A DNA stretch of 64,000 bases, taken from Candidatus Gottesmanbacteria bacterium. GTDB taxonomy: Bacteria > Patescibacteriota > Microgenomatia > 2-02-FULL-39-11. Under the pieces are notes generated by a model. The model was not told the DNA's origin, did no database searches, and worked only from the letters and a program-made list of their open reading frames with translations. A program made the position numbers and the translations under genes. The number at the start of each line of letters is the position of its first letter. The stretch's first letter is position 1. Where the stretch lies: assembly GCA_016186795.1 (NCBI GenBank), contig JACPKY010000002.1, positions 716,943-780,942 of the forward strand. Direction: 5' to 3'. Of this stretch, positions 1 through 8,966 are shown piece by piece.

Positions 1-777
1 AAGTGTTTAGAATCGATAACAAATCAATCGTATCCCAGTAAAAGTATTGAAATAATTGTTGTTGATAATTTTTCCACGGATAGGACAGTCTCCATTGCTA
101 AGAAATATACGTCATCTATTTATCTCAAAGGAAATGAACGTTCTACGCAGAGAAACTACGGGATTAGAGAAAAGGCGAAAGGGAAATATGCACTTTTCCT
201 AGATGCTGATATGAGATTAAGTAAACATGTCATTCGATCATGTGTTGAGAAATTAGAACAAAAAAATGAGATTACTAGTCTCTATATCCTCGAGGAAATC
301 GTCGGAAATTCTCTTTGGTCTAAAGTTCGCAATTTTGAACGTAGTTTTTTTACTGCTACTCCAATCGACGCTGTACGTTTTTTTCGCAGAAAAGATTTTA
401 TTGCAATCGGTGGTTTTGATGAAAAACTTCGAGCATTTGAAGATTGGGATTTGACAAAACGATTAAAATTACTCGGCCAATTTTCTCTGGTAAAAGAACC
501 ACTTTTCCATGATGAAACTTTATTTTCTTTCCAAACGTATATAAGGAAAAAGATCTCTTATGATAAAGACTATTCCTTATACGTAACGAAATGGGGAAGA
601 AATGATGCGGACATCAAAAAGCAGCTTGGGCTTTTCTATAGAAGTATTGGCGTTTTTATTGAAAATGGTAAGTGGAAAAAGATAGTTTCTTCTCCTTATT
701 ATTTCTTAGGCATATGTATCCTTCGAAGCATATTATTTCTCTGTATTGTAGAAAGTCGACTATGGAGAAAATTATAG
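1..777 (+). CDS. Glycosyltransferase family 2 (5'-truncated by window edge)
   Basis: Frame 1 is open from nt 1 and translates to ...SIEIIVVDNFSTDRTVSIAKKY...GKYALFLDADM..., giving the GT-A fold DXD (LDAD) and N-terminal VVDN motifs. The ORF-track start at 211 is an internal Met. Confidence 0.7.
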   Translation, partial: KCLESITNQSYPSKSIEIIVVDNFSTDRTVSIAKKYTSSIYLKGNERSTQRNYGIREKAKGKYALFLDADMRLSKHVIRSCVEKLEQKNEITSLYILEEIVGNSLWSKVRNFERSFFTATPIDAVRFFRRKDFIAIGGFDEKLRAFEDWDLTKRLKLLGQFSLVKEPLFHDETLFSFQTYIRKKISYDKDYSLYVTKWGRNDADIKKQLGLFYRSIGVFIENGKWKKIVSSPYYFLGICILRSILFLCIVESRLWRKL

Positions 778-1928
778 TCCTCCAAAATTGTATATTGTTG
801 ACCAATTCAGTTAGCGGTGGAGATATTATCTTCCCCAAAATGTCTCCGTACCTTACAAAACAATTTGAAGTGCATGTCGTAGGAAATAAACTCACCAAAT
901 CAATTTGGACTACATATGGCGCTAAGACATCGTTTCATCTCTATCACGATATATTTTTTGGATCGTCTCAACGCCTCCTATTTGGACCATTGAAATATCT
1001 TCTCCGTACGTACCAATCAACAAGGATGCTTCTTTCTCTCATTAAGAAACTCGATGGAAGGATCATCATCTACTCATCAAGTGATTATTTTCCAGATATT
1101 ATCCCAGCATTTATTGCTAAAATTTTTTACCCTCAGAGTCTTTGGGTAGGTAGAATTTACCATCTTATTCCTCTCCCTTGGAAAAGAGAAAACCCATTCC
1201 TTTATTCACTATTTAGCTTCCTTTCTCAACGAGCAAGTTTTCTTCTATTGAGATTGAAAGCAAATAAAGTGTTTGTTTTGAAAAATGCATATAAGAATGT
1301 AAAGGGAATCTTTCCAAGTCATCTTCTGAAAACAACATCAGTTGGGACAATAAGTCGTAAAAAAAAACAAGCGAGAGAAATTCTTTATGACTCAATAAGT
1401 ATAGGTACTATTTCTCAAAATCGGGGGGTTTTTGACCTAATTCCAATTTGGCGCCTTGTTGTAGATGAGCTACCGAATGCAAAACTTGTACTCGTTGGTG
1501 GAGGATCTTCCGAGTATATACAAAAACTAGAATTGAAAATACGAAAATATCATCTTCATAGAAATATTTCTTATCTTGGGTCTTTGAGTGAAAAGCGCCT
1601 TCATTCAGTCTTGAAAAAAAGTAAGCTTCACCTCTCAACCCGAAGAGAAGGTGGCGCCAGTATTCCGACGCTTGAAGCTGCAATATGGGGAGTTCCAACA
1701 GTTGCTTATGCATCATCAGCTTTCAAAAAAAGAAACATTCCAGGGTGCATACTCGTTCCTACTGGGATGCATATGCTTTTCGCAAAAAAAATTATTTCTT
1801 TAATTTCTGATAAAAAGCGATACCATGAACTTGCAAAAAAAACCAAGAGAGCATCAAAACAACCAAGCTGGAAATATATCACGGAAACGTTTACGAAGGA
1901 GATTGAAAAACTTACGCTTATACAATAA
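762..1928 (+). CDS. Glycosyltransferase family 1 (GT4-like)
   Basis: The C-terminal half has the GT-B signature ...LVLVGGG...EYIQKLE...STRREGGASIPTLEAAIWGVPTVAY (the EX7E-like region). The start was moved to the second in-frame Met at 762 to limit overlap with the upstream GT2. Confidence 0.65.
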   Translation: MEKIIVLQNCILLTNSVSGGDIIFPKMSPYLTKQFEVHVVGNKLTKSIWTTYGAKTSFHLYHDIFFGSSQRLLFGPLKYLLRTYQSTRMLLSLIKKLDGRIIIYSSSDYFPDIIPAFIAKIFYPQSLWVGRIYHLIPLPWKRENPFLYSLFSFLSQRASFLLLRLKANKVFVLKNAYKNVKGIFPSHLLKTTSVGTISRKKKQAREILYDSISIGTISQNRGVFDLIPIWRLVVDELPNAKLVLVGGGSSEYIQKLELKIRKYHLHRNISYLGSLSEKRLHSVLKKSKLHLSTRREGGASIPTLEAAIWGVPTVAYASSAFKKRNIPGCILVPTGMHMLFAKKIISLISDKKRYHELAKKTKRASKQPSWKYITETFTKEIEKLTLIQ

Positions 1929-1951
1929 TCACTAGCATCCCCTTTATCCCC

Positions 1952-1960
1952 TGCTATAAT
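1952..1960 (+). promoter_or_regulatory. Extended -10 element TGCTATAAT, 6 nt upstream of the ATG (predicted leaderless transcript)
   Basis: The sequence is cctgcTATAATgattacATG, with the -10 hexamer at 1955-1960 and the ATG at 1967. No Shine-Dalgarno is present. Confidence 0.45.
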
Positions 1961-1966
1961 GATTAC

Positions 1967-3049
1967 ATGGATGTGACTCAGAAACCTTTGGATACTGAGG
2001 AGTTAGCGAAACTTCGGAAAAAAGTTGCCGAGGCGCCCCTTCCACCAGAGCTCGCGGAAAAGGCTTCAACTCTTATCGATCGAACATTCTTAAGTCTTAA
2101 ATATGGAGGACAAATTACCGGATTTGATCTTGTTGCCAACTACATTGATTGGATTACGAGTCTACCGTGGAATGCGCGAAGCGATGACGTTTTGGATATA
2201 AACCATGCCAAAGACATCCTCGATAAACATCACCATGGGCTCACTGAAATAAAGGATAGAATTCTTGAGTATCTTTCGGTTATGAAACTAAACATCGAAC
2301 AATCGAAAACTCATCCTGATCAGCCGAATCATAACTTCATGCGGGCACCGATACTTTTTTTCGTCGGTCTCGTTGGTACGGGAAAAACTACAATTGCTCA
2401 AGCAATTGCCGAGGCGATGGGGAGAGCTTTTGTTCGTATTCCCTTTGGTGGTATGGGATCTGCACTTGATCTTCGTGGTGAATCACGCATCCATCCTGAT
2501 GCTGAAGTAGGTCTCGTCATGAAGGCATTACGAAGAGCAAAGACTAAAAATCCAGTCATCCTTCTTGATGAACTTGATCGTGTTACTGACCATGCACGTG
2601 CTGATATCATGGGTGTGCTTATTGAACTTCTCGATCCAGAACAAAACATCGCATTCACCGATCACTACATTGAGTTTCCTTTTGATCTATCCGAAGTTTT
2701 ATTCATAGCTACAGCCAATAATACTGGAAATATATCAACAGCAGTTATGGACAGACTCGAACCAATCCAGATGCCATCCTATAATGACGAGGAAAAAATT
2801 ATTATCGGAAAATCATATGTATTTCCCAAGGTGAGAGAGAGTGCTGGACTGTCATCTCAACAACTTCAAATCAATGATGATGTTTGGTCTCTTATTGTCC
2901 GCCCTTTAGGATTTGATTCAGGTATTCGGACATTAGAACGAACAATTAACGGAATTTGTCGAAAAGTTGCGCGAATGATCGTTGAAGGTAAAATTCAAAC
3001 TCTTCAAATAACTCAAGAGAATGTGAAACAATATCTTCCCACATGGTAA
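1967..3049 (+). CDS. Lon-family AAA+ ATPase lacking both N-terminal substrate domain and C-terminal peptidase domain
   Basis: YIDWITSLPWNARSDD...HHGLTEIKDRILEYLSV matches the Lon long-helix region. Walker A GLVGTGKTTIA and ...ILLDELDRV...LDPEQNIAFTDHYIEFPFDLSEVLFIATANN...MDRLEPIQMPSY match the Lon AAA+ module. The ORF ends about 360 aa in with no S16 peptidase domain. Confidence 0.7.
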   Translation: MDVTQKPLDTEELAKLRKKVAEAPLPPELAEKASTLIDRTFLSLKYGGQITGFDLVANYIDWITSLPWNARSDDVLDINHAKDILDKHHHGLTEIKDRILEYLSVMKLNIEQSKTHPDQPNHNFMRAPILFFVGLVGTGKTTIAQAIAEAMGRAFVRIPFGGMGSALDLRGESRIHPDAEVGLVMKALRRAKTKNPVILLDELDRVTDHARADIMGVLIELLDPEQNIAFTDHYIEFPFDLSEVLFIATANNTGNISTAVMDRLEPIQMPSYNDEEKIIIGKSYVFPKVRESAGLSSQQLQINDDVWSLIVRPLGFDSGIRTLERTINGICRKVARMIVEGKIQTLQITQENVKQYLPTW

Positions 3050-3630
3050 AAATAGATACCATTCTGGGTATTTTGTCTAGACAAATTGCTTCTTGCAAAC
3101 GGTGCCCTTTATACAAAACTGCAAATCATTCCGTCCCCGGAGAAGGATCCTCTCAATCATCAATCGTATTTGTAGGTGAAGCACCTGGAAGAAAAGAGGA
3201 TGAGACAGGGCGGCCGTTTGTAGGGAGAGCAGGTAAACTTCTCGAATATCTTTTACATTCAATCAATCTTCGTCGGAAGGATGTTTTTATCACAAGTATT
3301 CTGAAACATAGACCACCGAAGAATCGGACTCCGAAACCTCAAGAAATAAAAGCATGTAGCTATTGGTTTGTAAAGCAAATTGCAATTATTCAACCGAAAC
3401 TTATTATTCCACTCGGACGGTTTGGACTTGAATTTTTCCTTCCTCATGCAAAAATCACTCAGGTTCATGGTACAATAAAAGAAATACCGGGGAATCGGGG
3501 TTTACGTATTTTTCCGATGTTTCATCCAGCGGCAGGACTGAGGAGTTTAAAGCGAAAAAAAATTCTATTTGACGATTTTCAAATTCTCAAACACGTTCTT
3601 GATAATGAGCATTTTTCTCTCTCCCACTAA
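3043..3630 (+). CDS. Uracil-DNA glycosylase, family 4
   Basis: CKRCPLY...IVFVGEAPGRKEDETGRPFVGRAGKLL...FITSILKHRPPKNRTP..E are the family-4 UDG motifs (GEAPG, the Fe-S Cys ligands, HRPP). Confidence 0.8.
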   Translation: MVKIDTILGILSRQIASCKRCPLYKTANHSVPGEGSSQSSIVFVGEAPGRKEDETGRPFVGRAGKLLEYLLHSINLRRKDVFITSILKHRPPKNRTPKPQEIKACSYWFVKQIAIIQPKLIIPLGRFGLEFFLPHAKITQVHGTIKEIPGNRGLRIFPMFHPAAGLRSLKRKKILFDDFQILKHVLDNEHFSLSH

Positions 3631-5323
3631 GAAACCAGACGAAAAAAATCCATCTTCCTACCTTCGACTTATCCCACTCGGAGGTGTTGGAGACGTGACA
3701 AAAAATATGTATGTGTATGAGTACTGGAAATCTCCACGTGAATTATCAGACATCCTCATTGTTGACTGTGGAATTGGATTTCCCGATGAGTTCATGTATG
3801 GAATTGATCTTGTCATTCCTGATATTTCATATCTTCGAGATAAAAAAGAAAAGATACGTGGAATAGTATTGACTCATGGACATGAAGACCATATTGGAGC
3901 ACTCCCCTATATACTTCCTCACCTGAAAGTCCCGGTATATGGAACAAAACTCACAGCGGCTCTTGCTGAAGTGAAGCTTAAAGATTTTGGTCTCCACACA
4001 CACGTTTCGACTGTTGATACAAACAAAATTCTTCCTATTGGTCCATTTTCCATTGAATTTGTCCATGTTACTCATTCCATTCCAGATGCAACAAATCTTA
4101 TTCTCCGAAATCCCGTAGGCACCATCTACCATGGAAGTGATTTCAAATTCGATTGGACACCAATTGATGGAAAACAAACAGACGTCGGCAAAATCGCCCG
4201 AGCTTCTTCTGAAGGAATCTTATGCCTCCTTTCTGATTGTGTACGAGTTGAATCACCCGGATACACGCTTTCTGAGCAGGTTATTGAAGATACGCTTGAA
4301 AAAGAGTTGAAAGACTGCCCTGGAAAATTTATTTTTACCACACAATCATCAAATATTTCTCGAATTCAGCAGGCGATTAATGTTGCACTCCGAAACCAGA
4401 GAAAAATTGCATTTTTAGGAAGATCAATCGTCAAAAATGTTGATGTTGCCAAAAAACTCGGGTACCTCGAATTCCCAGATGTATTCATTGTTGAGGAAAA
4501 AAATATCAAGCATCTTCCTCCAAAAAATCTCATGCTAATTGTCACGGGAAGTCAAGCTCAACCAAACTCAGTATTATCGAGAATTGCTGAAGGGGTGCAT
4601 AAATTCGTATCAATTACTTCCGGAGATGTCGTTGTTTTTTCTGCAGATCCCATCCCTGGATATGAGAACTCTGTTCATAATCTCATCGATGTATTAACTG
4701 CAGCTGGTGCCAGGGTTAGTTACTCGGAAATTACTGACGAGCTGCATGTCTCTGGACATGGTGCGGCAAACGACCTTGCGCTTATGCTCGGACTTACAAA
4801 ACCGAAACACATTCTCCCAATTGGAGGAACATTCAGGCAAATGAAGCACTATGCCGAACTTGCGAAGAAAATGGGATATAAAGACCATGCCATTCTCCTG
4901 CCAAATGGAGGAAATATCATTGAATTTCGAGCGAATCAAACGGCAAAAATTTCAGGAAATATTGAGCTAAAAAATGTCATGGTCGATGGTCTCGGAGTTG
5001 GAGACATCGGAAATGTTGTCCTTCGAGATCGACAAACGATGGCCAATGAAGGAATTGTTGTCGTTGTTGTTCCTATTGAACAAAGCAGTGGAAAAGTTAC
5101 CGCAGAACCAGATATTATTTCCCGTGGTTTTGTTTATATGAAAGAATCTACAAAGTTGATCGAAACGGCAAAGAGAGTCATTATAAACTCGTTGCGGCTC
5201 AGAAAAGGGAGAATTATCGATTGGCAGTTTGTCAGAAAACAAATTGAGGGGAATTTAGAAGAATTCCTTTATAAAGAAACTCACCGAAGACCTCTCATTA
5301 TTTCCGTTGTCATAGAAGTATAA
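3605..5323 (+). CDS. rnj: Ribonuclease J (metallo-beta-lactamase/beta-CASP)
   Basis: LRLIPLGGVGDVTKNMYVYEY...ILIVDCGIGFPD...IVLTHGHEDHIGALPYIL carries the HxHxDH motif, and the C-terminal beta-CASP region is typical RNase J. Start moved to the internal Met. Confidence 0.85.
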   Translation: MSIFLSPTKKPDEKNPSSYLRLIPLGGVGDVTKNMYVYEYWKSPRELSDILIVDCGIGFPDEFMYGIDLVIPDISYLRDKKEKIRGIVLTHGHEDHIGALPYILPHLKVPVYGTKLTAALAEVKLKDFGLHTHVSTVDTNKILPIGPFSIEFVHVTHSIPDATNLILRNPVGTIYHGSDFKFDWTPIDGKQTDVGKIARASSEGILCLLSDCVRVESPGYTLSEQVIEDTLEKELKDCPGKFIFTTQSSNISRIQQAINVALRNQRKIAFLGRSIVKNVDVAKKLGYLEFPDVFIVEEKNIKHLPPKNLMLIVTGSQAQPNSVLSRIAEGVHKFVSITSGDVVVFSADPIPGYENSVHNLIDVLTAAGARVSYSEITDELHVSGHGAANDLALMLGLTKPKHILPIGGTFRQMKHYAELAKKMGYKDHAILLPNGGNIIEFRANQTAKISGNIELKNVMVDGLGVGDIGNVVLRDRQTMANEGIVVVVVPIEQSSGKVTAEPDIISRGFVYMKESTKLIETAKRVIINSLRLRKGRIIDWQFVRKQIEGNLEEFLYKETHRRPLIISVVIEV

Positions 5324-5394
5324 CGAGCTTCAACCCTTCCAAATCTGCTCGTTTTGCCTTCCTCTTGATTTTTCTGATATCGGAAAAAGAGATG

Positions 5395-5423
5395 TTGACA
5401 AAGTAGTAATATTACTATAGGAT
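5395..5423 (+). promoter_or_regulatory. Candidate sigma70-like promoter TTGACA-17-TAGGAT upstream of ftsK
   Basis: TTGACA at 5395-5400, a 17-nt spacer, then TAGGAT at 5418-5423. An alternative TGCTATAAT at 5453-5461 lies 11 nt before the ATG. Confidence 0.35.
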
Positions 5424-5452
5424 ATAACGGTGCTGTAATCATTCGTTAAACT

Positions 5453-5461
5453 TGCTATAAT
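5453..5461 (+). promoter_or_regulatory. Extended -10 TGCTATAAT, 11 nt upstream of the ftsK ATG
   Basis: The sequence is cttgcTATAATaagctactgccATG. Confidence 0.4.
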
Positions 5462-5472
5462 AAGCTACTGCC

Positions 5473-7635
5473 ATGGCGAGACGATATAGAAGAAGACGAC
5501 ATCTCCACTTCAAACTTAAAAAAGAAACGGTATTTACGATTGTCGCAGTTCTCCTAATGGGAGGTGCAGCACTTGTTGGTATTTCTTATTTTCAAAGTGG
5601 CACGGCACTTATTTTCATTAACGGTTTAGTTGGAGAAAAGTTTGGTTGGGGCGGGATACTCCTTCCTATTGTTCTTCTTTCTCTCTCGACTCTTTTTCTT
5701 GGTATCAAAACCTCATTTACCAAACCGAACGTTCCTCTTGGACTTCTCCTTACCTACATTACGCTTCTGGCATTGACCCAAAGTGGATTTATAGGCCTGA
5801 AAATTTGGAATAATTTTGCCACACTCGTTTCCGGATTTGGCGCTTTCGTCCTTCTCCTTGGAACGTTCTTCATTGGGCTTATTGTACTCTTTAACACATC
5901 AATCGATGAAATTATCACAGGATTCTCACAACTTTCGTCAGATTTTCTAGGGATGTTGAAAAATATTCCGATCTTTTCTTTTCTACAGTCGAAATCCAAA
6001 CCTCTCTTTGTTGAAAAACTATCCCTGAAAACTTCAGGCGATATGAAAAAAGATGAAAAAGTAGATGCTGGATCAAAAAACATCCCAGAGAAAAAAACCC
6101 CAGCCTCTCTTTCGGAACAGACGAAAGAACTCATTTCCGCAAACCTTATTTCAAATACTTCTGCTTCAACGGTGTGGGAATATCCTCCTTTATCACTTCT
6201 AACAGATTCTGCCGGCCAAAAAGCTGACCGCGGAGATCTGAAACAAAATGCTCATATTATTGAAAAAACACTTGAAAGTTTTGGAGTAACTGCCCGCGTT
6301 GCAGAAGTAAATTTAGGACCTGCAGTCACACAGTATGCTCTGGAGATTGCTATGGGAACAAAACTCTCCAAACTCACAGCTCTTTCAAATGACCTTGCGC
6401 TTGCCCTTGCTGCGCCAACTGGCCAAATTAGAATCGAGGCGCCAATTCCAGGAAGGAGTCTCGTTGGCATTGAAATTCCAAATCGCTCTCTGGAGTTTGT
6501 AACACTTCGACACATGCTATTTTCTGATACAATGCGAAAAAGCAAAGATAAGCTTTTAGTTGCACTGGGACTTGATGTTTCAGGATCTCCAGTTACAGCA
6601 AATATCGCAAAAATGCCTCATGTTCTTATTGCAGGGACAACTGGAAGTGGAAAGTCCGTCCTTTTAAATACATGGATCTGCTCTCTTCTTTTTCGCACAA
6701 CACCTTCAGAAGTACGACTTATTCTTGTAGATCCAAAAAGAGTCGAACTAACGGTCTATAATAGTATTCCCCATCTATTAACACCTGTTATTGTTGAACC
6801 AGACAAAATTTTGTCTGCTCTCAAATGGTCCCTCTCGGAAATGGATAGGCGGTATAAACTATTTTCTGAAGTAGGTGTAAGAAATATCGATGGGTACAAC
6901 GAACTTTCTGGCTTTCAGGCCCTCCCATACATTGTCATTTTGGTAGATGAACTTGCAGACCTCATGGCCTACGCACCGGTTGAGGTCGAAGATGCAATCT
7001 GCAGACTTGCTCAAATGGCACGAGCAACTGGTCTTCACTTAGTGGTGTCGACACAGCGACCATCTGTTGATGTCATTACTGGTCTTCTCAAAGCCAATAT
7101 TCCAGCAAGAATTGCTTTCAATGTCTCCTCAATGATTGATTCTCGCGTTATTATTGATATGCCGGGGGCTGAAAAACTCCTTGGACGTGGAGATATGCTT
7201 TTTATTCCTCCGGATCAAGCAAAACCGACTAGAATTCAGGGTGCATATATTTCAGAGGCTGAAGTTGGAAGGCTTGTTGATTTTCTAAAGTCAAAAAATA
7301 TTCCCGTACAATATACGACTGAAGTCACCTCTATGCCCCAAACATGGAAGAAGTCTGGCGGGAGTGGCATATCACAAACTATAGATTCAGGAAGAGATAA
7401 TCAGTTTGAGGAAGCTGTTCGAGTTGTTTGTCAATATGATAGAGCTTCTGCATCGCTTCTTCAACGTAGACTCTCTATTGGCTATGCCAGAGCCGCAAGA
7501 ATTCTTGACCAGTTGGAAGAAGCAGGAATAGTGGGGCCAGGAGAGGGATCAAAACCGCGTGATGTTCTTGTGAGAAATGCAGAAGAATTCTTAGCACAGC
7601 AAAACCAACCTGCCGAAACCTCCCCACAAAACTAA
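5473..7635 (+). CDS. ftsK: DNA translocase FtsK/SpoIIIE
   Basis: N-terminal TM helices, Walker A GTTGSGKSVLLNTWICSLLF, the FtsK alpha/beta domains, and a C-terminal winged-helix gamma domain (...ASASLLQRRLSIGYARAARILDQLE). Confidence 0.9.
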   Translation: MARRYRRRRHLHFKLKKETVFTIVAVLLMGGAALVGISYFQSGTALIFINGLVGEKFGWGGILLPIVLLSLSTLFLGIKTSFTKPNVPLGLLLTYITLLALTQSGFIGLKIWNNFATLVSGFGAFVLLLGTFFIGLIVLFNTSIDEIITGFSQLSSDFLGMLKNIPIFSFLQSKSKPLFVEKLSLKTSGDMKKDEKVDAGSKNIPEKKTPASLSEQTKELISANLISNTSASTVWEYPPLSLLTDSAGQKADRGDLKQNAHIIEKTLESFGVTARVAEVNLGPAVTQYALEIAMGTKLSKLTALSNDLALALAAPTGQIRIEAPIPGRSLVGIEIPNRSLEFVTLRHMLFSDTMRKSKDKLLVALGLDVSGSPVTANIAKMPHVLIAGTTGSGKSVLLNTWICSLLFRTTPSEVRLILVDPKRVELTVYNSIPHLLTPVIVEPDKILSALKWSLSEMDRRYKLFSEVGVRNIDGYNELSGFQALPYIVILVDELADLMAYAPVEVEDAICRLAQMARATGLHLVVSTQRPSVDVITGLLKANIPARIAFNVSSMIDSRVIIDMPGAEKLLGRGDMLFIPPDQAKPTRIQGAYISEAEVGRLVDFLKSKNIPVQYTTEVTSMPQTWKKSGGSGISQTIDSGRDNQFEEAVRVVCQYDRASASLLQRRLSIGYARAARILDQLEEAGIVGPGEGSKPRDVLVRNAEEFLAQQNQPAETSPQN

Positions 7636-7642
7636 TGTCTCT

Positions 7643-8284
7643 ATGAAAACTGTTGGCGAAATATTGAGGAAAGCACGCCTCGAAAAACATCTTGACCTCG
7701 AACTGGTTGAAAAAGATTTACGAATACGGAAAAAATTCTTGCAAGCCATTGAAGATAACTCATGGAATAAACTCCCGTCACTCCCCTATATTAAAGGGTT
7801 TTTAAGAAACTACAGCCGCTATCTTGATCTGAAACCAGAGGAAATGGTTGCAATCTTCCGTCGACAATTTCGTGATCAGGATAAAGAAGGTATTCTTCCA
7901 AAAGGACTTACCAGTCCTCTGAATGATCCTATTATTCGTTTGACACCTCAAATTGTCGTAGGAATAGTAACTCTTTCTTTACTACTTCTTCTTTTTGGAT
8001 ATCTCTTCTTCCAGTATAGACTCTTTACAAGCCCTCCTCCACTTACTATTTTGCAACCTGAAGAGGGGAAGATTGTCACGACAGAAAAAGTTGATGTTGA
8101 AGGACAAACTGACAGCGATGCAGTTGTTTCAATCAATAACCAAAAGGTTGTCGTATCCGCAGATGGAAAATTTCACTTACAAATTCCACTATCCCCAGGT
8201 ATTAATACCATCATCATTGAGTCTACAAGTAAGCACGGAAAAAAGAAGACGATTACACGAACTATTCAACTGCAGAACCCGTAA
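7643..8284 (+). CDS. RodZ-like HTH (XRE) membrane protein
   Basis: N-terminal HTH MKTVGEILRKARLEKHLDLELVEKDLRIRKKFLQAIE, one TM segment (IVVGIVTLSLLLLLFGYLFF), and a C-terminal extracytoplasmic beta-rich domain. Confidence 0.55.
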   Translation: MKTVGEILRKARLEKHLDLELVEKDLRIRKKFLQAIEDNSWNKLPSLPYIKGFLRNYSRYLDLKPEEMVAIFRRQFRDQDKEGILPKGLTSPLNDPIIRLTPQIVVGIVTLSLLLLLFGYLFFQYRLFTSPPPLTILQPEEGKIVTTEKVDVEGQTDSDAVVSINNQKVVVSADGKFHLQIPLSPGINTIIIESTSKHGKKKTITRTIQLQNP

Positions 8285-8301
8285 CATAACAGAATCATTT
8301 G

Positions 8302-8330
8302 TTGACTCTCTATCCTATCTTTATTAGAAT
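8302..8330 (+). promoter_or_regulatory. Candidate promoter TTGACT-17-TAGAAT
   Basis: TTGACT at 8302-8307, a 17-nt spacer, TAGAAT at 8325-8330, then 14 nt to the ATG at 8345. Confidence 0.4.
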
Positions 8331-8344
8331 GGTATGATCTGCCT

Positions 8345-8620
8345 ATGATTGAGCCGACTCAAATACTTCTTTTTACTATCATAGCAATCCTTACTATTAT
8401 TCTCCTTTTCATTGGTTGGCAGATTTATCAGATACTTGAAGAAATTAGAAAGATGCTAACTAAGTTTAATCTCATGATAGATGATGCTAGAAACTTTACA
8501 GACACGATTGGAAAATCTGTCCATAGTCTTAATGGATTTACTGAGGGAGTTCGAGCAGTCTTAAAAGTATTGACCACCTTTAAAAGGGATAAAACGAAAG
8601 ATGGAAATCGATCAAAGTAA
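8345..8620 (+). CDS. Small single-pass membrane protein (DUF948/YtxG-like?)
   Basis: N-terminal TM LLFTIIAILTIILLFIGWQIY followed by a helical region. It overlaps the next small gene. Confidence 0.35.
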   Translation: MIEPTQILLFTIIAILTIILLFIGWQIYQILEEIRKMLTKFNLMIDDARNFTDTIGKSVHSLNGFTEGVRAVLKVLTTFKRDKTKDGNRSK

Positions 8621-8966
8621 ACGCTTTTTAATAGGATTTATTTTCGGTAGTATTTTTGCGCTATTTTTTATTCTCTTTTTCGGATCAAAAAATGGACGCA
8701 GCCTTCTTGAGAAGCTTCTTGATGATGAAGAAGCGTTCGAAAAATCTTTGAGAGGAAAACTTTTGGAATTTCGTAACTTTGGTAATAGACGTATCCTTCC
8801 TTCCGATCATATCCAATCTCCTCTTAACGATCTTTCGAAGAACGACAGTGCATTTATGAAGAATCTATCTGCTGATTTTCCCCAGTCCAAGGAGGAAAAA
8901 CGGCTCTCGTTTACAAAATCAATGAAACATTTTTTTAAGAAAAACGGGAAAATCCTCACTTCCTAG
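8601..8966 (+). CDS. YtxH-like small membrane protein
   Basis: RFLIGFIFGSIFALFFILFFGSKNGRSLLEKLLDDEE resembles the YtxH-family N-terminus (GfllG...APksG). Confidence 0.4.
   Translation: MEIDQSKRFLIGFIFGSIFALFFILFFGSKNGRSLLEKLLDDEEAFEKSLRGKLLEFRNFGNRRILPSDHIQSPLNDLSKNDSAFMKNLSADFPQSKEEKRLSFTKSMKHFFKKNGKILTS

Noticed and set aside
211-777. The ORF-track start at 211 for the first glycosyltransferase.
   Set aside because: The reading frame is open from nt 1 and already encodes GT2 motifs (VVDNFSTD...LDAD) upstream of 211, so the gene is 5'-truncated by the window edge.
5754-6134. Antisense ORFs of 60-140 aa embedded in ftsK, dnaK, groEL, alaS, valS and others in the six-frame track.
   Set aside because: They lie wholly inside well-supported genes on the opposite strand and have low-complexity or biased compositions. 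They are treated as frame artefacts of AT-rich DNA.
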